Notes: generated from the sequence alone by a model not told the origin. DNA of 64,000 nucleotides from Scyliorhinus canicula (GCF_902713615.1 NC_052170.1:9100744-9164743); one strand, 5' to 3'; shown: positions 12,851 to 26,379, counted from the stretch's first letter. Program-made: numbers and translations.

Positions 12851-15152
12851 AGAACATAGAACGATACAGCGCAGTACAGGCCCTTCGGCCCTCGATGTTG
12901 CACCGACATGGAAAAAACTAAAGGCCATCTAACCTACACTATGCCCTTATCATCCATATGCTTATCCAATAAACTTTTAAATGCCCTCAATGTTGGCGAG
13001 TTCACTACTGTTGCAGGTAGGGCATTCCACGGCCTCACCACTCTGCGTAAAAAACCCACCTCTGACCTCTGTCCTATATCTATTACCCCTCAATTTAAGG
13101 CTATGTCCCCTCGTGCTAGCCACCTCCATCCACGGGAGAAGGCTCTCGCTGTCCACCCTATCTAACCCTCTGATCATTTTGTATGCCTCTATTAAGTCAC
13201 CTCTTAACCTTCTTCTCTCTAACGAAAACAACCTCAAGTCCATCAGCCTTTCCCCATAAGATTTTCCCTCCATTCCAGGCAATATCCTGGTAAATCTCCT
13301 CTGCACCCGTTCCAAAGCTTCCACGTCCTTCCTATAATGAGGCGACCAGAACTGTACGCAATACTCCAAATGCGGCCGTACTAGAGTTTTGTACAACTGC
13401 AACATGACCTCATGACTCCGGAAGTCAATCCCTCTACCAATAAAGGCCAACACACCATAGGCTTTCTTCACAACCCTATCAACCTGGGTGGCAACTTTCA
13501 GGGATCTATGTACATGGACACCGAGATCCCTCTGCTCATCCACACTACCAAGAATTTTACCATTAGCCAAATATTCCGCATTCCTGTTATTCTTTCCAAA
13601 GTGAATCACCTCACACTTCTCCACATTAAACTCCATTTGCCACCTCTCAGCCCAGCTCTGCAGCTTATCTATGTCCCTCTGTAACCTGCAACATCCTTCC
13701 GCACTGTCTACAACTCCACCGACTTTAGTGTCGTCTGCAAATTTACTCACCCATCCTTCTGTGCCCTCCTCTAGGTCATTTATAAAAATGACAAACAGAA
13801 ACGGCCCCAGAACAGATCCTTGTGGTACGCCACTCGTAACTGAACTCCATTCTGAACATTTCCCATCAACCACCACTCTCTGTCTTCTTTCAACTAGCCA
13901 ATTTCTGATCCACATCTCTAAATCACCCTCAATCCCCAGCCTCCGTATTTTCTGCAATAGCCGACCGTGGGGAACCTTATCAAACGCTTTACTCAAATCC
14001 ATATACACCACATCAACTGCTCTACCCTCGTCTACTTGTTCAGTCACCTTCTCAAAGAACTCGATAAGGTTTGTGAGGCATGACCTACCCTTCACAAAAA
14101 CATGATAGATATTATTCCTATCTAGATGATTATAAATCGTATCTTTTATAATCCTCTCCAAGACTTTACCCACCACAGACGTTAGGCTCACCGGCCTATA
14201 GTTACCGGGGTTATCTCTACTCCCCTTCTTGAACAAAGGGACCACATTTGCTATCCTCCAGTCCTCTGGTACTATTCCTGTAGCCAATGATGACCTAAAA
14301 ATCAAAGCCAAAGGCTCAGCAATCTCTTCCCTGGCTTCCCAGAGAATCCTAGGATAAATCCCATCAGGCCCCGGGGACTTATCTATTTTCACCTTGTCCA
14401 GAATTGCCAACACTTCTTCCCTACGCACCTCAATGCCATCTTTTCTAATAGCCTGGGTCTCAGCATTCTCCTCCACAATATTATCTTTCTCCTGAGTGAA
14501 TACTGACGAAAGGTATTCATTTAGTATCTCGCTTATCTCCTCAGCCTCCACACACAACTTCCCACCACTGTCCTTGACTGGCCCTACTCTTACCCTAGTC
14601 ATTCTTTTATTCCTGACATACCTAGAGAAAGCTTTTGGGTTTTCCTTGATCCTACCTGCCAAAGACTTCTCATGTCCCCTCCTTGCTCGTCTTAGCTCTC
14701 TCTTTAGATCCTTCCTCGCTTCCCTGTAACTATCAAGCGCCCCAACTGAAACTTCACGCCTCATCTTCACATAGGCCTCCTTTTTCCTCTTAACAAGAGA
14801 TTCCACTTCTTTGGTAAACCACGGTTCCCTCGCTCTACCATTTCCTCCCTGTCTGACTGGTACGTACTGATCAAGAACACGCAATAGCTGTTCCTTGAAC
14901 AAGCTCCACATATTCAGTATGCCCAACCCTTGCAGCCTACTTCTCCAACCTACACATCCTAAGTCATGTCTAATGGCATCATAATTGCCCTTCCCCCAGC
15001 TATAACTCTTGCCCTGCGGGGTATATTTATCCCTTTCCATCACTAATGTAAAGGTCACCGAATTGTGGTCACTGTCTCCAAAGTGTTCACCTACCTCCAG
15101 ATCTAACACCTGGCCTGGTTCATTACCCAAAACCAAATCCAATGTGGCCTCA
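12851..15152 (-). mobile_element. CR1-clade LINE (HER1-like), 5'-truncated, 721-aa ORF2 fragment with RT domain
   Basis: KSPGPDG, NYRPVSLTS, GVPQGSVLGP, KFADDTK and RPHLEYC motifs; 3' tail ...gttctatgttct. Confidence 0.97.
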
Positions 15153-16032
15153 TCTTGCCTTGGATCTCTGGATTACTAGTCCAGCGACGGTACCACCACA
15201 ACGCCACTGCCTCCTGATTTGGCCCATCCGAGTTTTCATTGGTGTTTTTTCTTCACAAACCACCCCGCTGCCCTTGGTTTCATGTTGAAACATCAAGAGG
15301 TGGGTGTTTTAAAGTTGCAAAGTCTGTTTGTGGTTTTACTGAGAATTGGAAATGCTGAATGGGTTGACAGGGGGCAAGCGAGCATGAGAATGAAAATTAT
15401 AAATACAAAGCCCTTATCTTTCAACCTCAAATTTAGGGCAGAAACAGTGAATCTTCTATTCAGTCTTGCAAGTCACGGGAGTTGCCAGTAACCAAGAGAG
15501 GAAAGTTGATCAATAGAGCAAATTACGGATGAGTCAAATTCAGAGGAAGTTATTAGGGAAATCAAACTGAACCGCATTTCATTCACATTAGGACCAGAAA
15601 CATTCAGAAAAAAACAAAAGCACCTCTCTTGTTTATAAACCTCCCCTTTAGAAACAAATACAAGTCCCAAAGAAAAGAAATCGGCAAATGGCAGTCAGAC
15701 CAAGAGGAGAAGATTTTAAGAGTAGTGATCAAAAATAAAAGCTCAGATAAGTTTCTAAAAAAAAAGAGAGAAAGTGTCATCAAACGAGGGAGGGAGATGG
15801 TGAGGCGCAAGGGGCTGCCTGGTCTACAGGCCCGAAGAAGATACGAAAAAAAAAACCTTTCAGTCTTCCCAACATTTAGCTGCAGGAAACTGCGACTCAT
15901 CTCCACACCACCCCCCCCCCCCCCCCCCCCCAACCCACCATGGCTAGGAATCATGACAAGCGGGGCAACATCGCAAAAGGTCAAGATGTGGTAAAACGAT
16001 CGTGGAGAATGGCATCATGAGTGGACACGTGG

Positions 16033-16252
16033 AGGGCGGCACGGTGGCGTAGTGGTTAGCACTGCTGCCACACGGTGCCGAGGTCCCGGGTTCGATCCCG
16101 GCGCCGGGTCACTGCCCCAGGTCAGTTTGCACATTCTCCCCGTGTCTGCGTGGGTCTCACTCCCACAGCGCAAAGATGCGCAGGGGAGGTGGATTGGCGA
16201 CGCTAAATTGCCCCTTAATTGGGGAAGAAAATAACTGGGCACTCTAAATTAA
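16033..16252 (+). mobile_element. HE1/V-SINE, short-tail subtype
   Basis: Head and V-domain. Confidence 0.9.
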
Positions 16253-16392
16253 TTAGTGGACACATGGAAGCGGATTCCACGCCTGGGGAGCGTGTTGGGA
16301 GATGGGGTATGCAGAACCCTGCGCAAGTCCTGACATGCAGACATGCCACTGACCGAATATGTTTTCCCATGAAGCACTTTGGGACTTTTTTG

Positions 16393-17295
16393 ATTTTCAT
16401 TAATGACTTGGATGAGGGAATTGAAGGCTGGGTCAGTAAATTTGCAGACGATACGAAGATTGGTGGAGTTGTGGATAGTGAGGAGGGCTGTTGTCGGCTG
16501 CAAAGAGACATAGATAGGATGCAGAGCTGGGCTGAGAAGTGGCAGATGGCGTTTAACCCTGAAAAGTGTGAGGTTGTCCATTTTGGAAGGACAAATATGA
16601 ATACAGGGTTAACGGTAGGGTTCTTGGCAATGTGGAGGAGCAGAGAGATCTTGGGGTCTATGTTCATAGTTCTTTGAAAGTTGCCACTCAAGTGGATAGA
16701 GCTGTGAAGAAGGCCTATGGTGTGCTAGCGTTCATTAGCAGAGGGATTGAATTTAAGAACCGTGAGGTGATGATGCAGCTGTACAAAACCTTGGTAAGGC
16801 CCCATTTGGAGTAGTGTGTGCAGTTCTGGTCACCTCATTTTAGGAAGGATGTGGAAGCTTTGGAAAAGGTGCAAAGGAGATTTACCAGGATGTTGCCTGG
16901 AATGGAGAGTGGGTCTTACGAGGAAAGTTTGAGGGTGCTAGGCCTTTTCTCATTAGAACGGAGAAGGATGAGGGACGACTTGATAGAGATTTATAAGATG
17001 ATCAGGGGAATAGATAGAGTAGACAGTCAGAGACTTCTTCCCCGGGTGGAACAAACCATTACAAGGGGACATAAATTTAAGGTGAATGGTGGAAGATATT
17101 GGGGGGGGGGATGTCAAAGGTAGGTTCTTTACCCAGAGAGTAGTGGGTGAATGGAATGCACTGCCTGTGGAAGTAGTTGAGTCGGAAACATTAGGGACCT
17201 TCAAGTGGCTATTGGGTAGGTACATGGATTACGGTAGAATGATGGGGTGTAGATTAATCTGTTCTTAATCTAGGACAAAAGTTCGGCACAACATC
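16393..17295 (+). mobile_element. CR1 LINE 3' fragment (frameshifted)
   Basis: [29 protein letters not shown] spread across frames. Confidence 0.93.
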
Positions 17296-17799
17296 TGGAG
17301 TGTTGCAGGCATTCGAGTAGAAAGGTCACGGGACAGACACCAGGTTTGATGTCGCATTGGTGTAGACAGTGAAACAAAATGTTGCATTTCCTGATACAGA
17401 GATCCCTCATCTTAGTAACCACAAAGTTCACATATGGGTTCTTGGAAGTTCCTCAGAACTGTGATTATTATCAACGAAAATGATACACCGCCTTTGCTAA
17501 AGTGGCTTCTAGATTAACATAAAAGCAATGAGCAATTTCATTATTTTCACATTTCGCCTCAGGGGCAGGTGAGATTATCTCACTCTAAACATCCACACAA
17601 ATTCATCTCAGCGTCGAGCTGCCGAGGCACCAGTTTAACTGAAATAGACCAATGATCTCAGGAAGGAGAGATAAGGTTGCCTGGGAAATGGAAAGCAAGC
17701 GGTTTGAGGAGGGGAAAATTGAGTCAACTTCATCCGATGTCGATCAACGATTTTGCAACATTACCCAATATTCATGTATTCAGCAGCCTCGACTTACAG

Positions 17800-18177
17800 A
17801 TAAGACCATTAGGCCATTCGGCCCATCAAGTCTGCTCCACAATTCAATCATGGCTGATGGGTTTCTCATCCCCACTCTCCTGCCTTCTCCCCATAACCCT
17901 TGATCCCCCTATTAATCAAGAACCTATCTACCTCAGTGACTTGGCCTCCGCAGCCTTCTGCGGCAAAGAGTTCCACAGATTCACTGAAACAAATTCCTCC
18001 TCGTCTCAGTTTTAAAGGATGGTCCCTCCAGTCTGAGGCTGTGCCCTCGGGTTCTAGTTTCTCCTGCTAGTGGAAACGCTTTCACTCGATCCAGGTCTCT
18101 CAGTATCCTGTAAGTTTCAATGAGATCCCCCCTCGTCCTTCTAAACTCCCATCGAGTACAGAACCAGAGTCCTCAAG
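17800..18177 (-). mobile_element. CR1 LINE 3' end fragment
   Basis: Reverse CR1 3' UTR (ggccattcggcccatc...aatcatggctgat) and terminal ORF2 sequence. Confidence 0.8.
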
Positions 18178-19876
18178 ATATTACACGTGAACAAATAATC
18201 AGGTCATGTTGAGGCAGGACAAGGACAATTTTAACAGACCTACCTATACAAGAGTTTGGATTCAGCGAGAGGTTCCATCAAGACGAATACTGCTTAGTGC
18301 ATGTCCTACATAATGGATAAATCTTCAAGTGCTTAACATTAATGTTTTAAGAAACACTTCAGAGAGGCAGTACATCCTGATCATAAACATTTGAATCCCC
18401 CCCCCCCCCTCCAAACACAAAAGGAAAATGCTGTGGGATGGCGGAAATCGGAAATAATAACAGGGAATGCTCAGTAGATCAGGCTGTAATTAGGGAGAGG
18501 GAAACAGGGAGCAAACTTTTCAGGTGAAACACCTTTTGTCACAGAAAAAGTGAAGTCACAGATCTGAAATAGGGCAAATTAGAGGCAGTTCAGTTCTCAA
18601 TATTAAACTGCAGAAGGAACTGACCTGCTCAGATTGTCCAGGATTTTCTGTTCATGTTTCAGACTCTAGCATCCGCAGTAATTTGCTTTTATCCATAAGG
18701 AACTGGTCTGAGATTGACAAATTAATTCCAGATCCTTACTGTAAGACACGAGTCAGCCCCAGGCTCACTTTCTAACCTCAAACTTTTTATTTTGGTAGTT
18801 CAAGCAAATTGATCCCAACGGTAATTTTACTGTTTGTTTAAAAAAGGATACCCAAGGATGTTGAAAAAAAAAGGTTCATTTTGTCAAAGGTTTTAGTCTT
18901 GCAATCATGTGGACCATTTGCAAAAATAATCAGTGTTAAGGGGAAGCAACACTGTGCATAAAAGGGTGCCGATTGGTTAGCAAGTGGGCTCTGGATGGTA
19001 GAGGTTTTGCCATGGAGAATGCACCAGTTGATGATGACTGTAAATCAACTGTCAAGCATTGTTTGAAATTTAAACCAGGCAGCTTTCTTTTAAATTAATT
19101 TATGGGATGTGGACTTCGCGGGTAAGGCCAGCATTTATTGCCCATCCCTAATTTCACTTGAGAAGGTAATGGGGAGCTGTCTTCTTGAACCGCTGCAGTC
19201 CCTGTGTGTAGTTACACTCACAGTGCTGTTAGGGAGAGAGTTCTGGGATACTGTCCCAGCGACAATGAAGGAACGGTGATATATTTCCAAGTCAGGGTGG
19301 TGAGTGGCTTGGGAGGAGAACCTCCAGGTGGTGGTGTCCCCAGGTATCTGCCACCCATGTTCTTCCTAGATGGTAGCGGTTTTGAGTTTGGAAGGTGCAG
19401 CCTAAGGAGCCACTGCATCTGGTAGATGGGACACACTGCTGCCACTGTTTGACAGGGGACGGGGTCCCAACCAAGTAAACATTCTCAAAGAGTTGTTGAC
19501 GCAACACCAAGGCCAGATATAAACAAACAAGTAACACTCACGCATCCCTTGCAAAGACAGCAAACAAATCACAACCAAGGAACAAGCATTGCAGAGAGCA
19601 GCTAATGAAATGGCAACAAAATAAACCCCAAAAGGCAAACCCGACAGATGTTGCCCGGGTCACAGATTTACCACAAAAGGGGGAAGACACCAGAGAGGCG
19701 AGTGGTAGTAGCCTCTGTCCAGTATCCCCAGGCATAGGGATCTGGATGATCAGCTGAAAAATGTATGGCAGCACGTCACGATCCAGAAATGGGAGCCCTT
19801 CGGAACAGCCATGTCGAAAGTATCAAGTAAACCTTAATAACGGAGGTTCAGCAAAAGTGCCAAAAGGCCCAAAGAC

Positions 19877-20840
19877 TGGGATCAGTGCTGGGATCTTTGC
19901 TCTTTGTAGTATATAGTATATATAAATTCAGAGGAAAATGCAACTGGTCTGATTAGTAAGTTTGCGGATGCCACCAAGGTTGGTGAAATTGTGGATAGCA
20001 ATGAGGACTGTCAGAGGACACAGCCGGATATAGATCAGTTGGAGACTTGGGCGGAAAGATGGCAGATGGAGTTTAAACCGGACAAATGGGAGGTAATGCA
20101 TTTTGGAAGTTCTAATTCAGGTGGGAAATATACAGTAAATGGCAGAACCTTAAGAGTATTGTCAGGCAGAGGGATCTGGGTGCACTGGTTCATAGGTCAC
20201 TGAAAGTGGCAGCGCAGGTGGAGAAAGTAGTCAAGAAAGCAGATGGCATGATTGCCTTCATCGGCCGGGGCATTGAGTTTTAAAATTTGCAAGTCAGGCC
20301 ACACATGGAATGGAATGTTCAAATGTAGTCACCACACTACCAAAAGGATATGGAGGCTTTGGAAATGATACAGAAGAGGTTTACCAGGATGTTGCCTGGT
20401 CTGGAGGGCATTAGCTATGAGAGGTTGGATAAGCCCGGTTTGTTCTCATTGGAATGCTGGAGGTTGAGGGGCGACCTGATAGAAATCTACAAAATTATGA
20501 GGGTCATGGACAGAGTAGATAATCAGAAGCTTTTTCCCAGGGTGGAAGAGTCAATTATTAGGGGACTTAGGGTTCAAGGTGCGAGGGACAAAGTTTAGAG
20601 ATGTGCAAGGGACGTTTTTTGTTTTTTTTTAAAACAGAGGGTAGTGGGTGCCTGGAACTCGCTGCCAGAGGTGGTGGTGGAAGCAGGGACGATCTTGACA
20701 AATACATGAATAGGATGGGAAGAGAGGAATATGGTCCCTGGAAGTGTAGAAGGTTTTAGGTTAGATGGCAGCATGGCCGGCGTAGGCTTGGAGGGCCGAA
20801 GGGCCTGATCCTGCGCAGTATATTTCTTTGTTCTTTGATG
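19877..20840 (+). mobile_element. CR1 LINE 3' fragment inserted in the R2 fossil
   Basis: SKFADATK, WAERWQMEF, RFTRMLPGL, RLRGDLIE; CR1 tail. Confidence 0.9.
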
Positions 20841-20959
20841 CAAGGTCCATATATTCCAACTATGACCTAACTAAGGTTCTGGTAAAGAACCATCATAATA
20901 ATACTGTGTGGCAACCACTACACTGAACACTATATCCCAGGTGTGGCCTAACGAAGGTT

Positions 20960-21170
20960 CAGTGGGTTAGCCCTGCAGCCTCATGGCGCCGAGGTCCCAG
21001 GTTCGATCCCGGCTCTGGGTCACTGTCTATGTGGAGTTTGGACATTCTCCCCGTGTCTGCGTGGGTTTCGCCCCCACAGCCCAAAAGATGTGCATGCTAG
21101 GTGGATTGGCCACGCTAAATTGCCCCTCAATTGGAAAAAATGAATTGGGTACTCTAAATTTATATTTTTT
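20960..21170 (+). mobile_element. HE1/V-SINE, short-tail subtype
   Basis: Head and V-domain; tail ttggaaaaaatgaattgggtactctaaatt. Confidence 0.9.
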
Positions 21171-22831
21171 TAAAACGTTATCGAGAGTATCAGTGGCGAG
21201 ACCAATCTGATACGCATCAAAAAAGAGGGGTAAAGCAAATGTGACCCGCTCTTCCCAATGCATTTCAACATTACAATGGTCCCTCTTGCAGGAGCGTACA
21301 TTTGTGCCTTCATGGAAGTAAGATCAACTGTTTGGCGTTGGTTTCACCGATGACATTGCGCTCCTCAGCAACCCCCACGTAGAAATGAGCCATCCATCAT
21401 CCAGGCTTTCTGCAAACGTATATCTAATAGAACACTGTGAAAACCAAGGACTTCCATTTCATGCACAAACTTCCTGGAAGACTGACAACTGTGACATGGC
21501 TCCATTTCATACACACCGCCTGACGAAACAGAGAAGCACTTGGGAGCAGGAACCGACCCTTGGGCGGATGCAGCCGCGGAGAAGTGGGGGCCCAAATTGG
21601 AAGCTTGGACAGACGGTCTGAAAGCAACGGCCCTACATCCTAAGCAAAGGGTCACAAGTTACCGGGAATACACTCGCGCTTTGTCACTCGTAGAACTTTC
21701 CCAAAACACATTGATCAAGCTCAACCACATTATCCAGAGCACAGTTAAAGAAACCCTTCGCCTCCCACGACACATTGTCAATGGAATCCTGGGCAGCAGT
21801 AACAGGAGTGGAGAATTGGGATCCCCCAAAGTGAAGTGGTAGGCCAGTACAGTGATTGAACCCGTGCTGCTGGCATTGAACCCACGCTGCTGACATTGTT
21901 CTGCATTACAAGCCAGCTGTTTAGCCCGCAGTGCTAAGCCAGCCTCCTTTGCGCACAGTGGGACGAACAACAAAACAACAATCAAATCTCTGAAAAATGA
22001 AATGAAATGAAAATCGCTTATTATCACAAGTAGGCTTCAAATTAAGTTACTGTGAGGAGCCCCTAGTCGCCACATTCTGGCGCCTGTTCGGGGAGAAGAT
22101 TAAAAGTCGGCGGAGAAATCCAGGACATCCTGAGAAAGAAATACAGAGAGAGAGACCCAGGATGAGGGCAATCTCAATGACTTCTTAGATACACATTGGG
22201 CAGACATCATCCCAACAGCAAATCCCAAACCGATCAATGTATATGCAGCTTGGGGAGGGGGGGGGGGGGGGTGAGGAGGAGGAGGTTGAATGCATAAAGT
22301 GGGCCAACCTCCAAAGCCAAGGAACTGGCTAAAGTATTATGGCAACAGCTACATGCCAAACACTTGCCTCAAAACAATGAACCACTGTTCATTCGTTAAG
22401 AACACAAGAGTAAAATGGCAAAATAAATTTTTTAACCCACTTGCAGGCATTTGCCCCAAAATCTGAATGGAAATTCTACCTATAACCAAGACTCTTTGCC
22501 AATAAGGATGGGATGCTTTGGAAACCTGGCCTGGTGTTTGTGAAAGGTGAAGAAGCAGCGGTGGTGGATATAACAGTATAGCATGTAGAGTTACAACCCA
22601 TTGGGAGAAAGCACCAACACCTGAAATACGAGATACAGGTACTAACCAGCGCCCATTAGTTTCTTTGGATTCGCAACAGGAAGCTTAAGGGAAGTGGCTG
22701 GAAATGAACAATGGCCTAATGCGTTTCCCAAGAATCCAAGCCTTTTGCCCAGCTTGTGTCAAGACTAACAATCCCTCGGGCACTTGAACGCTTACAAATC
22801 TTTGGAGATAAATAATCGAAGAATAGTCAGA

Positions 22832-23065
22832 GCCCAGCATGGTGGTGCAGTGGTTAGCACTGCTGCCTCACAGCACTGAGGACCCGGGTTCGATGCTGTC
22901 CCCGGGTCACTGTCCATATGGAGGTTTGCACATCCTCCCCCTGTTCGCGTGGGTCTCACTCCCACAACCCACAGATGTGCAGGGTAGGGGGATTGGCCAT
23001 GTTAGATTGACCACGTTAAATTGCCCCTTAATTGGAAAAAAAAAATGAATTGGGTACTCCAAATG
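22832..23065 (+). mobile_element. HE1/V-SINE, short-tail subtype
   Basis: Head and V-domain. Confidence 0.88.
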
Positions 23066-23639
23066 AATAGAAAAAACAGAGCCGAGCCTGGAACCAAGTC
23101 ACATACCTGCGGACCTGGCGGGCACAAGACAAAGGTACTGCATATTCCCAGTGTGGGTGAAGACAAAGGCTAACACCTGAACCCCGGGAGCTAGGTATGG
23201 GGAATTGTTTCATGTCATTTTCTTGGCCAGTTGAGTTTAGCATTTTATTTTGGCAGTACCTCGAGATGTTATTCTGGGTGGTTGGTGTATGCTCGCAACA
23301 ATCTTTATATTAACTGAAATCAGCTCTTCCTGTGTTGATGCAAATAATTAAATAAAAGTGGCAACAAATATCAGGCGATGTATTTAAGGGGAGGTCTTCA
23401 GATCACTAACTATGCAAATGGTTACCCAGTCACTAGCCCGTTGGGATGGTCCACATTTGGTCAACGTCGAAGTTCACGGTCAGTTACTTTCAACCCTCCC
23501 TCTCTAACAAGTTAGAAGTTAATTTCCCTGGTGTGGTCACTCCTGGAGCAAGTCACAATGTGGATAAGCTGCTACTCACATTAGGCGCAACTAAATTTGT
23601 GTGTTATAAATGAGCCCAGTGCCTCGTCATCTAATTACT

Positions 23640-24230
23640 GATGTGCATATACGGATGAACAACATTCCCACCGTCTCTACTTACTATCAAGGCTCAATCG
23701 GATTGGTCAAGGCATTGTCCTGGGGAATGAACCAGTGAATGGCCACCACATTTTATTTAGCTGAAACAGGCGCAATGTGTGCACATGTTCTGTCGGCAAG
23801 CGACAGGGTCCTCCGTATTAATAGGTATAGATTCCAGTACATGTAAATGCACCACACTGTGAGCCGGATTGACAATGTTAAAATTAGTCACCTGTGTAAT
23901 TCTTAGCACACTGAGAAACATTTAGCAAATGTTGGCCAACCGCAGAGTCACATCTAAATGTTGGACACCGAGTTCCAACACTCAACCTTTCCCGTTGCAA
24001 ACAGCGCTCCACCAGTCTTTGGGATGCATGGCCTACATACCTAGCACCACATTTGCACTGAACTTCATTTAGCACATTACTCATCTGTGATAGACGGAAC
24101 GTCTTTTTGGCTGGACAGCAGCATCCTGTTAGTGGCAAACACCACTGGTGTTGCTACTGGATAGTAACAGCCAGCTTAACCTGTTGCTCAAATTGTTTGA
24201 GGTATCGTGAATGCAAGCATTACTCAAGTT
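23640..24230 (-). mobile_element. Penelope-like element fragment (GIY-YIG endonuclease C-terminus and 3' UTR)
   Basis: SNVLNEVQCKCGARYVGHASQRL..RCDSAVGQHLLN..CAKNY, a degenerate VYxFxCxCxxxYVGxT GIY-YIG motif. Confidence 0.8.
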
Positions 24231-25683
24231 TACTCAGATAAACAAGCAATTGTGATGCGTGCACATCATTCTGCTACAACAAAATTAAATCCCACCCCCC
24301 CCCCCCCCCCCCCCCAACCCGAGAATTTCCACCTCGGGGATTAAGCTTGGATTAAGCACAAAATATTTTGACTTCCATCGTGGCATATATTAACGTATTA
24401 TCAAATCATGCTTCCCCCTTGAATGAAAATAAATCAGATTGTGCCTCGTGAAGCATTTCAATCTGATTCAGTTCACACATGAAACCCATTATACAGGCCA
24501 GTGCATAACTTGCAACAAAAAGAGGCCATTCCCATATAAACTCGCTAAAAATGGGCATCCGTCAAGGCAACAAAATGCATTGGAGTAGCCGCAATGCCTC
24601 AGGTTGGCTCGTTCTTGGCAATGTTTTGTCGAGGGGTTCCAATTTTAACCCTTACATGTCGGTGAACAGCGCAGCCCAGGTCCAACGCTTTGCAGGTTTT
24701 TGTTCCGATGCAGCGCGGTATTTGGGGAGCCGCTGGAAGCCCTCCGCCACCTTCGCCCCACTCCACGCCCACAGCTGCCAACCAAACCCTTCGTCTTAAG
24801 AAATCTGGATTTCGGGACACTTTTGGAACCCAAGCTCCAATATTTTGTCAGCGAATGTCCTATTTACAACTTTCAGCACGGACTGCATGCAATCTCAATC
24901 GAACACTAAAAAGATGGCCGGCAGAGTCAGGTGACTTCTGCAGTTTTGGCGCAGATTAACTCACGTCTGAAAATGCCCATGGAAGATTCCCAAATGCAAA
25001 TGGGTTTCTCAGGAGTGAAAGGGACCGTCCTCATCAGCTGAGTGAAAGAGATTTACAAACAATGGCTGCCAGGCGTGGCGAGGCTAAGAGGATAGAATAT
25101 TAAATGAGGTCTTCCAATAAGCTAATCGCAGTTGGTATACTAATTGTTAACCTATCACTTCCCCCCCCCCACCGTATATCAATCACCCTGGTCATATGAC
25201 TGAAACTGGCTACAGACAATAAATCTATTATCCCAAGAGCCAGAGGGAAACTGTTCATTCCACACAAGAATATCACAAAGAATAGCAGCAGCAGCCATGC
25301 CGTTCTAAAAACCTGGAGATCATTACATCTTAAAAATATCCCCAGCTTATTCGTTTTTCAAAGTCCACCAGGATCGAATTGAGCTCCTGGTAAGAAAACT
25401 GCAAATGACTTACTTTCTGACCTGCTGAACATCCATAACTGCGAGGGAAACCTGTGATAACCCTGATATACGATTACAGCTATTGAACCCACCTAAACTA
25501 CCCTTCTAAAGTGAAAGTGCTGCCTTCAAAACTCACACATAGGTTTTTCCTATGACAAGGCAAATACGTGAACTACTCTTTCGTTTAAAACTTATAAAAG
25601 TGCATGATCCTCTTGAACATGTGTGTCCATGGGAGTAACGCAGTGCTAAGGCTGTCAGGGTGAATGCAGAGATAATCTTTTTT

Positions 25684-25903
25684 TAAATAAATTTAGTGTA
25701 CCCAATTTATTTTTTCCCATTAAAGGGCAATTTAGCGTGTTCAATCCACCTATCCTGCACATCTCGGGTTGTGGGGGGAAACCCACACAAACACGGGGAG
25801 AATGTGCAAATTCCACACGGACAGTGACCCAGAGCCAGGATCAAACCTGGGGCCTCGGCGCCGTGAGGCAACAGGGCTAACCCACTGCACCACTGTGCTG
25901 CCC
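25684..25903 (-). mobile_element. HE1/V-SINE, short-tail subtype
   Basis: Reverse head and V-domain. Confidence 0.9.
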
Positions 25904-26379
25904 TGATAAATAATCTTCTTTATTTAAACCCACAAAAGCTTTCTGTTGTTATTTATATTGACTCAAGGGCTAAGAAGTACACACAGTTTCCTGAAATAAA
26001 ACACACCAATTACATTCAGTCAGGGAAAAGGACCAATATTTCAGTTTGTTCCCGACCTGGACAATAATGTTTGGTTACAGGCCTTAGGAGGAGTAGGCCA
26101 TTCGGCCCTTCGAATCTGCTCTGCCATTCAATATGATCATGGCTGACTTGATTGTGGTCTCAGCTCCACTTTCTCCGTCAGCCCCTCATAACCCCAGACT
26201 CCCTTGTTGAAAAGAAAATCCATCCAACTCAGCCTTGAATAAACTCAAGACATTTCTTCATGAATAAGTGCAACTACATTTGCACTGGAATGTCTACGAA
26301 GTACACGTTCATTCATAAAACATTAGGAAAGCATTTTCAATTTGTTTTGATTTTTTTTATACAATTAAGGGGCACTTTA

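Larger units (their letters stand above)
12240..15215 (-). mobile_element. Older tRNA-derived SINE (head 15155-15215, body 12778-12850 and 12240-12470) split by a CR1 and an HE1 insertion
   Basis: Head ggaggcagtggcg..ggactagtaatccagag and B-box ggttcgaatccc on the minus strand; tail ...gggatgggcaataaatgctggccc shared with the second CR1 lineage. Confidence 0.7.
19455..22815 (+). mobile_element. Decayed R2-clade (RLE) non-LTR retrotransposon, interrupted by CR1 and SINEs
   Basis: Myb-like remnant (~19470-19580). RT remnants RGVKQ/CDPLFPMHFNI (~21225), FTDDIALLS (~21343), VKETLRLP..NGIL..RSGELGSPK (~21745-21830). KWANLQSQG (~22296). RLE remnant KPGLVFVKGEEAAVVDITV (~22522) and KHQHLKYEIQVLTSA (~22608). 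Confidence 0.8.

Noticed and set aside
12977-15142. 721-aa RT ORF as an active or domesticated gene
   Set aside because: 5'-truncated (most of the endonuclease and all of ORF1 missing), with a small deletion near the RT start and a frameshifted end. An ordinary dead CR1 copy.
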